Virus record (IMG/VR): IMGVR_UViG_3300048904_000261
Strand: one strand, 5' to 3'
Origin: a virus
DNA: 64,000 nt
The notes beneath the pieces were generated by a model that did not search any database, was not told the DNA's origin, and saw nothing but the letters and a program-made list of their open reading frames with translations. Position numbers and translations under genes: made by a program. Shown piece after piece: positions 17,852 to 25,224 of the stretch. Position 1 is the first letter of the stretch. Each line of letters starts with the position of its first letter.

Positions 17852-18507
17852 GATGCCGTTTTAGTCTCCAAAGGGCGGCGGCACAATGCGAAAATATCCT
17901 CCCCGCGCAAGTCGGTGTTGTAGCCAGCCTCCCTGATGAATTGGGCAATCTTCCGATGACTCTGTTTGCCGATCGCGTTGAGCCACACGTCCAGCGTTTC
18001 GCGCCGAACGATTTCGAAGCCGACCTGCCGGATCATTTCGTCCAATTCGTAGGGCGAGTACTCCCGAACGTGCGGCCTGAACAGCATCGGCGGGGCGAGC
18101 CCGAGCGCCTGGTGGATCACGGTGATTGAGCAAGGATTCGGCGTGGTCAGAAACAAATGCCCGCCCGGTTTGAGGCTCATCCAGCAACTTGCCAGGAGCA
18201 TGTGGGTACCGCTTCCCCTCCATTCGGTCTGGAGATCATCGCGCTCGATGTCGGCAATGTGCTCCAGGCATTCCATGCAGAGCACCAGGTCGCAGTCCGG
18301 AACGATGAATCCCTCCCGCAAATCGCCGTGGTAATACGCCGCCAGCTTCCCGGGCCAGCGATCTTGGATCATGTTTGTGAACGGGCTGATGCCGCCCAAG
18401 TCCAGGATTGAGTAAGGCCCGGCCGCTTCGGCGATCGGCGCGATCCAGTCCAGGCTCCATTTGTAGCGGCGCGCGTGGATGGCGGCGTAATCGTCGGCGG
18501 GGGTCAT
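17848..18507 (-). CDS. Class I SAM-dependent methyltransferase
   Basis: 219 aa. Motif I-like ILDLGGISPF, post-I CDLVLCMECLEHI and LKPGGHLFLTTPN. Confidence 0.7.
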   Translation of the reverse strand: MTPADDYAAIHARRYKWSLDWIAPIAEAAGPYSILDLGGISPFTNMIQDRWPGKLAAYYHGDLREGFIVPDCDLVLCMECLEHIADIERDDLQTEWRGSGTHMLLASCWMSLKPGGHLFLTTPNPCSITVIHQALGLAPPMLFRPHVREYSPYELDEMIRQVGFEIVRRETLDVWLNAIGKQSHRKIAQFIREAGYNTDLRGEDIFALCRRPLETKTAS

Positions 18508-18908
18508 GCAGGCAGTTTCTCCAGGTCCAGGGTGTATTTGAGGAAGCCGTCGCTCCAGGCTTTTTTTATGCGATCGTGATTCTTGCGATCAGTGAGAATG
18601 AGCGGAGCGTCTGAAAATCCTACGATCTTTTCCCCGAAGAACATTGAATTCAGCAGCAGTGAACCATTCCGGATTGGCTCTATCGGCCCAGCTATTGGTC
18701 CGCCGGAGGCCAGTAGTTTCTCCGTCGCTCGCAGATACCCTTCGTCAAAGCAGGTTGCCGCTCGGTTTGTCTGTTGCCAGAAGGTGAGGAGCCGGTAATC
18801 GATTTGTCTCTGCGCCCGCCAGACGCGCTGATAGGTCTTGGCCGGCGGCAGCACGGCGAACCCGAACAGTGCCAGCGCGGAGTTGCGTAGAAAGGAGCGA
18901 CGGTTCAT
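18504..18908 (-). CDS. Small protein with twin-arginine (Tat) signal peptide
   Basis: ORF 18504..18947. ATG 18908 gives MNRRSFLRNSALALFGFAVLPPA, matching the S/T-R-R-x-F-L-K Tat consensus. ATGA overlap with the upstream small ORF. Confidence 0.6.
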   Translation of the reverse strand: MNRRSFLRNSALALFGFAVLPPAKTYQRVWRAQRQIDYRLLTFWQQTNRAATCFDEGYLRATEKLLASGGPIAGPIEPIRNGSLLLNSMFFGEKIVGFSDAPLILTDRKNHDRIKKAWSDGFLKYTLDLEKLPA

Positions 18909-19069
18909 TTGATGCTCGCGATCTTCAGGTTTGTCGCCATCACGCATTCAATTCCATTCGGAACGTCGTTCCCTTTTTCATCTCTTGTGAAGCCCTCGAC
19001 TTTTACGAGATCAAAGGTGTACGTGACCGTCTTCGATTTGAGACGCTGCCTGCGCCTCGGCTTAACCAT
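18905..19069 (-). CDS. Hypothetical small basic protein
   Basis: ORF 18905..19120. The internal ATG 19069 (MVKPRRRQRLKSK) avoids overlap with the upstream gene, which ends at 19083. Confidence 0.35.
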   Translation of the reverse strand: MVKPRRRQRLKSKTVTYTFDLVKVEGFTRDEKGNDVPNGIECVMATNLKIASIK

Positions 19070-19082
19070 CACGCATTGGTAC

Positions 19083-20186
19083 TCACTTTCCCGCTTCAAG
19101 CTCGTTGAATTCTCTTTCACTGATTTCCTTCGTGTCCTTCCGGTTCTCGATCAGAGCGATGATGTTCGGATCGGCTGTGGCCATGTAACCCTTCTGCGGG
19201 TAGAAAGGCGAGCGCAGTCTTCGCAGCTTCCAGGGTATCGCGTGAGCCTTGTTCATCAGCGGCATCGGGCCGTTTTCCGCCAGGAAATACCGCATCTTCG
19301 GTTTCGAGTAGGTGCCAGGATCCTGCCAGTGGATCTCCGGAAACTCCGCGATCGCATCGAATGAATCGTTTACACCCAGCGCAACCTTGAACTCTTCCTC
19401 CTCCCAAAGCCCCACCGGGAAAACGACAATCGGCTTCCAGCCAGGCACCGAAGGATTGGGCAACGTCTCATCCTGCTCGCTCGCGCGCAGAAGCGCGGGA
19501 GAGATCGCTTTAATCGCAAACGGCGGCTTGGCCTCGAACATGTAAGCGCCCATCGCATAGCGCCGGTCCCGCTCCCTGTGGGCTGCGTGGCTGTGGAAGA
19601 AGGTCAGGAACCAATCACCGCGCCGGATCGGCGGGGTGCCGCCCCGGAGGATTTCCCCCCAAGGCCAGTGAAGCGGCAGCTCGCTTCGATACTCGTTGAC
19701 CGGTCTGAAACTGTTGTCCAGCTCAACGACGATGTGCGGAACGATCGAGTACACAAAAAATAAGCTGCCTTCGTGGCTGAAGAACTGCCAGTTTTTCTCC
19801 GAGCTTTTGCTGATGTTGCCGCCGTAGGGAATCGTTACCTTCTCCTCCGGCTGCCAGTCGGCCCCAAGCCTTGCTACCTGTTGGATTGAAAGGAACGGAA
19901 CCTTTTCATAGATCCCTTCGGTGAACGCGACGTAAAATCTTCCTTCGTGGCGGAAGACGCGGCCATCCTCGAAACTTCCCTTGCCGGCGATGTCCAATTC
20001 CTCTTCGACAATCAACTCGTTGTGGATTCTTCGCTGCCAGATCAGGCGCGCGCGTTTCTGCTGCGGGTCATAGACGCGCGAGCAAAACCGTTTCCCGTCG
20101 TGCGTGCCGGAATTGTAGCTGTGAAAGCAGGACAGCAGTTTTTTGACGGGGACACCTTGATTGAGGATCGACGGGATTGGATTCAC
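19083..20186 (-). CDS. Hypothetical protein, beta-propeller-like repeats (glycosidase/glycosyltransferase-like, weak)
   Basis: 367 aa with a GTG start. Repeated blade-like segments GRFYVAFTEG, GSLFFVYSIVPH, DWFLTFFHSH and YAMGAYMFEA, plus EKNWQFF. Family not identified with certainty. Confidence 0.3.
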   Translation of the reverse strand: MNPIPSILNQGVPVKKLLSCFHSYNSGTHDGKRFCSRVYDPQQKRARLIWQRRIHNELIVEEELDIAGKGSFEDGRVFRHEGRFYVAFTEGIYEKVPFLSIQQVARLGADWQPEEKVTIPYGGNISKSSEKNWQFFSHEGSLFFVYSIVPHIVVELDNSFRPVNEYRSELPLHWPWGEILRGGTPPIRRGDWFLTFFHSHAAHRERDRRYAMGAYMFEAKPPFAIKAISPALLRASEQDETLPNPSVPGWKPIVVFPVGLWEEEEFKVALGVNDSFDAIAEFPEIHWQDPGTYSKPKMRYFLAENGPMPLMNKAHAIPWKLRRLRSPFYPQKGYMATADPNIIALIENRKDTKEISEREFNELEAGK

Positions 20187-20220
20187 GGCGACGATAGTGA
20201 TATGGGAAATCCCATGTCAC

Positions 20221-20257
20221 AATAAAAAACCCGGCGCGCCTTGGGCAGCGCACCGGG
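20221..20257 (-). terminator. Rho-independent terminator downstream of the capsid gene
   Basis: Minus strand reads CCCGGUGCGC-UGCCCAAG-GCGCGCCGGG (10 bp including one G-U), followed by UUUUUUAUU. Confidence 0.65.
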
Positions 20258-20304
20258 ATCATCGAGACCACCTATCCGTTCACCGCAGCTTACTCAGGGC
20301 CGCG

Positions 20305-20334
20305 GCGCCATGATCTTCGGACAGATCATGGCGC
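20305..20334. other. Perfect 12-bp stem-loop just after the capsid stop
   Basis: GCGCCATGATCT-TCGGAC-AGATCATGGCGC. There is no U-tract on the minus-strand side. Confidence 0.5.
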
Positions 20335-20349
20335 GGAGCAACGCTTTTT

Positions 20350-22044
20350 TTAAGACGAGGCAGTGCAAGGCGTGGCCGTGAGCACAGCGCATTCGTCGCT
20401 GAAGTTTTCAACCACCAAATGCCGGTTGGCGTCACCGAGCTGGACCTGAATCGTTTTGCTCTGCAACTGGTAGTGATTCACGTTGGGCTGAATCACGCAG
20501 TTGTAGAGGTTGTCCGCGATGTTGGTCTGCCGGTTCACGCTGCGCGCGTCGGCCATGGCCACGGCGACATCGCTCCAGTCGATCGCCCAAAGCTGCCGGC
20601 CACGGCTCTTGATCGCGCTCGGGAACGCAGCCAGGTGATCGTCGAAATAATCATCGTGGAAAAAGTTGATGATAATTCCGTCTTCGGGGAATTCGAACTT
20701 GTCGTAATTCCACATGACCTGGTTGTTGAACACCAGCTTTTGGCCAGGCGTGTAAAACCTGGTTGTCTCCAACCCGTAGCGATCGCGCACATAGGCGATG
20801 AAGGCTGCCTGCCAGATCGAATAGGTGAACCGGTCGCCGAACAAGTCAATCTCGCCCATGCCTTCCAGGCCGCGATGCCGGCGCAGCGCGTAGAACATCG
20901 ATTTGATCATGTCGATGTCCAGAGCGGCGCCTTGCATGTCGATCACGCGGCCGCACTCGGAGAGCTGCGTGCGCGCGCCCAGCGTGTTGGCCTTGTATTC
21001 CAGGACGCAACCCGTATTGGCCGGATCCACGACTTGGGGCAGATCCTGGTAATCGTTGGACGTCTGGTTTTCGTTGATGCGCTGCCCGTAAAACAAGGTG
21101 TTAAACATGTCGCGCTCTTCCTGTTCGCCCTGGCGCTTGCGTTGGTCGGCCAGCGGCAAAGTCCGGAACTTCTGGAAGAAGGTTCCCGTGAGGGGCGCCT
21201 GCAGGGCTTTGACATACTCGTCGTTGTAGCACCAGGTCGAGCGGATCGTCTGCCACCAGAAATCGCGCAGCTTGAGCGTGTTCTCAGCGGGGTATTGGTA
21301 GCACCAGCTTTCGTAGTTGCTGACCGAATTGGCCAGGTTGATGACCACGCCGGTTTCAGGAGCGAACACGTCCTGATCATCGCCGCTCAGAGCGGCCCAG
21401 CCTGCGGAGCTATAGGGCGGCTCGACGTCCACGTCCGCTTTGCTTACGGGACCGGCATCGGCATTGATCGCGCCGAGCACCTTGAATTGCAGCGTGCGCG
21501 CAACCGCGGTCACCGGATCCAACGTCAGCACGGTGATGAATTTGCCGGGCAGGAAATACTTCTCGATGTTCACCAGCGCGGTAGCGAATGCGCCGGCTTC
21601 GTTGATCACAGTCAATCTCCACGCGCCGGCGTGCTGCGGCACGTAGGTCGCGCCAGGCGTTGCCGTCGCGGATTCGATGACGAAATAGTTGGAGTTGACC
21701 ACGCTGCGTTGCGGCACCAATGAGAAAGGCGCGATGACGCTGCGGTTGTGTTGATCGGTCCCGAGCACGCCCTGCTTGCCGGGACGAATGCGGGAAAGGA
21801 GAAGGTCCATCAGCGTGCGTTGCTTCACGCCGGTCATGCGCAGTTCTTTGGTCTGCGCGATGATGCGGTCCATGCCGACTTCCTTCAGACCCAGGTTTTC
21901 GATGTCTTCGGCGGTCCATGCCTGGATGTTGGCGCGCGTCAGCGTGCAGCCGCACGATTCATCGACGGTGATCAAACGGGGATTGCAATTATCAAGGAGA
22001 CTCATAATTTCATTGGCCTTTCGTTCCTCCAATTCTGAGGCCAA
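20350..22044 (-). CDS. Major capsid protein (by position, size and flanking terminator)
   Basis: 564-aa ORF after the scaffold-like gene. TTG start at 22044 is preceded by AGGTGG 4 nt upstream. A hairpin and a canonical terminator follow. Confidence 0.6.
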   Translation of the reverse strand: MASELEERKANEIMSLLDNCNPRLITVDESCGCTLTRANIQAWTAEDIENLGLKEVGMDRIIAQTKELRMTGVKQRTLMDLLLSRIRPGKQGVLGTDQHNRSVIAPFSLVPQRSVVNSNYFVIESATATPGATYVPQHAGAWRLTVINEAGAFATALVNIEKYFLPGKFITVLTLDPVTAVARTLQFKVLGAINADAGPVSKADVDVEPPYSSAGWAALSGDDQDVFAPETGVVINLANSVSNYESWCYQYPAENTLKLRDFWWQTIRSTWCYNDEYVKALQAPLTGTFFQKFRTLPLADQRKRQGEQEERDMFNTLFYGQRINENQTSNDYQDLPQVVDPANTGCVLEYKANTLGARTQLSECGRVIDMQGAALDIDMIKSMFYALRRHRGLEGMGEIDLFGDRFTYSIWQAAFIAYVRDRYGLETTRFYTPGQKLVFNNQVMWNYDKFEFPEDGIIINFFHDDYFDDHLAAFPSAIKSRGRQLWAIDWSDVAVAMADARSVNRQTNIADNLYNCVIQPNVNHYQLQSKTIQVQLGDANRHLVVENFSDECAVLTATPCTASS

Positions 22045-22139
22045 GTCGCCACCTGTGAAGAGTTGCGGGCGATTTCCTTGAAAATTTATTTAGCCCTCGT
22101 TAGCCCGGAGACTAAATTTGCGGATCTGCAAAAGACGCG

Positions 22140-22206
22140 GGCGGCGCCGGGATGGTCGGGAAAAGCCCGCTGCCAGAGCCTTCGGCGCCGCCTATTTTAC
22201 TTTTGG
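22140..22206. other. Stem-loop between the scaffold and capsid genes (possible attenuator)
   Basis: GGCGGCGCC (22140-22148) pairs with GGCGCCGCC (22184-22192) across a large loop. T-rich on the plus side. Only UCUUUUG on the minus side. Confidence 0.25.
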
Positions 22207-22230
22207 CTTGTGGGTTCGCCGTGTAAAAAT

Positions 22231-23811
22231 CTATGCCCGGGCGGGCAACCCAAGTATTTGCAGCTCAGAGTTTGACATGACGTGCTGCTGCCCAACGCTG
22301 CCAGCTCCCTGGCCTGGGGCCGCGCTCACCCCGGCGCGCGGGGATCCAACGGGCTCCGGAGGAGGCGTTGCTGCGCCTGGCGTGGGCGGCGGATTTGCAG
22401 CACCGGGAACCGGCGGAGGGGGAGTCGCGGGGGGCGGCTTGATGTAGCCGGCCTTCGTAAGGCGTTCGCGTTCGGCTTTTACCAGCGCGTCGATGTGGTC
22501 GCGCGTGTTGCGCTCCATCATGGCCAGGATGTCTTCCTGGGAGAACGTCCAGTGCTTCGCGGCCTCTGCGCGGTTATTCATCCAAAGCTCGTTGAACTTT
22601 CCTCGCGGAAGGAAACTCTGCGCGGTGCCATCCTCCCCGTTTCGAAATCGCTTGTCCCCGCCATGGGCTGCAAAAGTTTCACCAGCCCTGCGGATGAAAC
22701 GAATAACCCACTCCTGATCAGCATTCTGCGGGTTGTAGTCTTTGACGCCGTTTTCCATGGCCAGGAATTCAGCCGCGGCGCGTTCGCCGTGCCCATAGGC
22801 TTTGACCACGATCGGGACGAAGAGCGGATCGGCTTCAGTCGCTTTCTCGATGCCATTGGTTTCAATCGCCTTGGCGATCTCTGCGATCGGCGAGGCGGGA
22901 TCGGACGCCATCAGCTTGCCAACATTGGATTGGAAGGCGCCCAGGCGCCCTTCAATGATCGGGCGTTTCTCCATCAGATCCTGGCGCTTTTGGATCTCCT
23001 CGGTTTGCTTCGTAAACTTTTCGGTGACCTTTTGGGTGGTCGATTCCTCCACCTGGGCGATCAACCGATCGGTCTTGAGCTTATCCCACGCGGCTGGCGC
23101 GATCTCGGGACGCGCGCCTTGCACGAAAGTCTGGAACGCTTCGTCGTCATCGTCGAAGCTGCGGTTCGGATCCTTCTGCCGCTCGGTATTGACGTACTGA
23201 TCGACGGCCTTGTAAAAGTTCAGGAACTTTCCGGACAGCCCCTTGTATTCATCGCCTTTGCCTTCCGCCCACTTCGCCAGTTCGTAGGCTTCCTTCTCCG
23301 GCTGGAGCATCGTCGCGATGAACGGATCCTCGACCGGGGCGGCGGGTGCTGGAGCCGCCGGAGCGGCCGGCTGTGGACTTTCGCCAATTACCTTGCGCAG
23401 AACTTCCTCGACGACCGACGCAATAGGCTTCTCCCGTCGCACAGTGACCCCTGGCGGCGGCGTTGCTGGTGCTCCTGGTGTTCCAGGGGCGGGCGGGGCG
23501 CCTGGAGGCGTCCCCGGGGTTCCTGGCGGCGATGGCGGTGCTGTTGACGGCGTTACTGCCGCGCCGCCAGGGGTTCCCGGAGGCTGCCCTGGTGGGGGCG
23601 GGGTGGTTGCTCCCGGAGCCGGGGCAGCCGGCGAAGGCGGCGGAGGAGCTGCAACGACAACCCCGAGATCTTCGAAGATGGATTTTAGCTGCGGATCATC
23701 CGCGCCCTTTTCAACCGGAGGCGGAGTCGGCGGTACCGCTGGAGCGGCGGCGGGCGGGGGTGTCGTTGCTGCTGCTGGAGGTGCGGCCGGAGGTGCTGCT
23801 GCTGCGTTCAT
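22231..23811 (-). CDS. Scaffolding-like protein (Pro/Ala-rich termini, charged helical centre)
   Basis: 526 aa. Lies between the portal block and the capsid gene. Termini are PPAAPPAAATTPPPAAAP and PPPATPPPPVPGAANPPPTPGAATPPPEP. The centre is rich in E, K and Q. Confidence 0.5.
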   Translation of the reverse strand: MNAAAAPPAAPPAAATTPPPAAAPAVPPTPPPVEKGADDPQLKSIFEDLGVVVAAPPPPSPAAPAPGATTPPPPGQPPGTPGGAAVTPSTAPPSPPGTPGTPPGAPPAPGTPGAPATPPPGVTVRREKPIASVVEEVLRKVIGESPQPAAPAAPAPAAPVEDPFIATMLQPEKEAYELAKWAEGKGDEYKGLSGKFLNFYKAVDQYVNTERQKDPNRSFDDDDEAFQTFVQGARPEIAPAAWDKLKTDRLIAQVEESTTQKVTEKFTKQTEEIQKRQDLMEKRPIIEGRLGAFQSNVGKLMASDPASPIAEIAKAIETNGIEKATEADPLFVPIVVKAYGHGERAAAEFLAMENGVKDYNPQNADQEWVIRFIRRAGETFAAHGGDKRFRNGEDGTAQSFLPRGKFNELWMNNRAEAAKHWTFSQEDILAMMERNTRDHIDALVKAERERLTKAGYIKPPPATPPPPVPGAANPPPTPGAATPPPEPVGSPRAGVSAAPGQGAGSVGQQHVMSNSELQILGLPARA

Positions 23812-24086
23812 GTGAGTTTTCTTCCTCCGTGTTCGTCGTTATCGATGATGACGCCGGGAACGTAGGTAATGGCCTCCGCGATCGCGTAGCTGCCATCGGG
23901 ATTACGTTGCTGGGTTGTCACCTGGACGATCGCCCCACCGCCAACCGACATTGCCTTCGTCGATTTCATCCAGCCTTCAGTCTGGCTGGAAGCTTTGCAA
24001 AGAAGTTGCCACGCGTCTCCGTTGCCGAAGACTTTCAAGTCCGGAACATTCGCCTTCGCTCCGGATACGTCCGTCAGAGTTTTCAT
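23808..24086 (-). CDS. Hypothetical late protein
   Basis: 92-aa ORF with ATGA overlaps on both sides. Confidence 0.55.
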   Translation of the reverse strand: MKTLTDVSGAKANVPDLKVFGNGDAWQLLCKASSQTEGWMKSTKAMSVGGGAIVQVTTQQRNPDGSYAIAEAITYVPGVIIDNDEHGGRKLT

Positions 24087-25018
24087 AAGAACGGTAGTTT
24101 ATCGATCGTGAATCCGCACGCGCCTCTGTGCCCGCCGCCGCCGTACTTCACGGCGATCGCCGACAAGTCCAGGTCTTTCCGGTGCGCGGCGTGGTAGAGA
24201 GAAACTGTCCAGCGCTTGCCGTTGTAGAAGAACGCCATCAATGCGTCGTGCCCAGTCTCCGCCACGTCGCGCGCGGCGAATGTCTGCGAGTTACAACGCG
24301 CGGTTGTCAGCGCCAGAAATTTCAGCCCCTCCCAGTCCACCAGGAAACTGCGCTCGCGCATGATGTCACCATCGCGCTTCTTGTAGCACTGCATCGCTGC
24401 CCGGCCATAGCGAAGAATATCGGCGATGTATTCGCCTTCAGCGTCTGGTTCGCCAGTGGAAAGAAGTTTGTCCCACTGAATCGGAACCAAGCAATCCAAC
24501 CCAAACTGAAACTCCAAGTCGCCGTCTCCGCGATGATCCCAAATGTCGTACTCGCCGGCAAGACGAACGGAGAGCGGCTCGGTCACTTTGCGATCGATGT
24601 AGTCTTGTTTCGCTGGAAGGTTTAGGATGTGGCATTCCGGCCCTCCGAATGGAAATCGCTGCAAGAAATACTGCCACGCCAGCCTGCACGCGGCCACGCC
24701 GTCGATGCGGTAGCCGGGGATGTAGGTCGGGTGAGAGTCGATCGCGCTCTTGTGATGATCGATCCACGTGATTTCCCGGCCGTCAAAGTTGGATGGCAGG
24801 CCCGCTGGCGGAAGATCCTTGGGAAACTTGTAGCCGAACACCGCGTCCACCGGAAGATCCAGAACGTAAACTTTGCCCGGCGTGATCGCTGAAAGCTCCA
24901 ACGGCTTATTCGCAAAATCCCACCCGATCAGCTTCGCGTCCGGAAGAAACTTGCGCGCGATCTCGCGACAGAAAACTCCGTCGTAATCGGCGCTGTGATG
25001 AATGACGGTAGGGCTCAT
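24083..25018 (-). CDS. DHH/DHHA1-family phosphoesterase (NrnA-sized)
   Basis: ORF 24083..25108. ATG 25018 gives MSPTVIHHSADYDGVFC (DHH motif I/II-like HH..D.DG). WIDHHKS is the DHH motif. C-terminal GGGGHRGACGF is the DHHA1 GGGH signature. Confidence 0.7.
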   Translation of the reverse strand: MSPTVIHHSADYDGVFCREIARKFLPDAKLIGWDFANKPLELSAITPGKVYVLDLPVDAVFGYKFPKDLPPAGLPSNFDGREITWIDHHKSAIDSHPTYIPGYRIDGVAACRLAWQYFLQRFPFGGPECHILNLPAKQDYIDRKVTEPLSVRLAGEYDIWDHRGDGDLEFQFGLDCLVPIQWDKLLSTGEPDAEGEYIADILRYGRAAMQCYKKRDGDIMRERSFLVDWEGLKFLALTTARCNSQTFAARDVAETGHDALMAFFYNGKRWTVSLYHAAHRKDLDLSAIAVKYGGGGHRGACGFTIDKLPFL

Positions 25019-25224
25019 CCTCCCAAAATCTCCACGGCTTTCTTGGCGACTTCCACCCAGGCATCGCTCTGCTTTTGTTTCTTGGGATCCGACCGAAAGT
25101 CTTCCCAACTGGGAAGCGGATCGTTGTTGAACGCCTTGCCACCAACGGCAACGCAGTAGTGATCGTACAACTGCCCGGCGATGTCTTCGTAGTCTGGCAT
25201 AGCTTCAGTTGCGGTTGCGGTCAT
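25015..25224 (-). CDS. Hypothetical small protein
   Basis: 69 aa (MTATATEAMPDYEDIAGQLYDHYCVAVGGKAFNNDPLPSWEDF). This is the only protein-like part of shadow ORF 25015..26475. ATGA overlaps the portal stop (25224/25221) and the DHH start (25018/25015). Confidence 0.55.
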   Translation of the reverse strand: MTATATEAMPDYEDIAGQLYDHYCVAVGGKAFNNDPLPSWEDFRSDPKKQKQSDAWVEVAKKAVEILGG

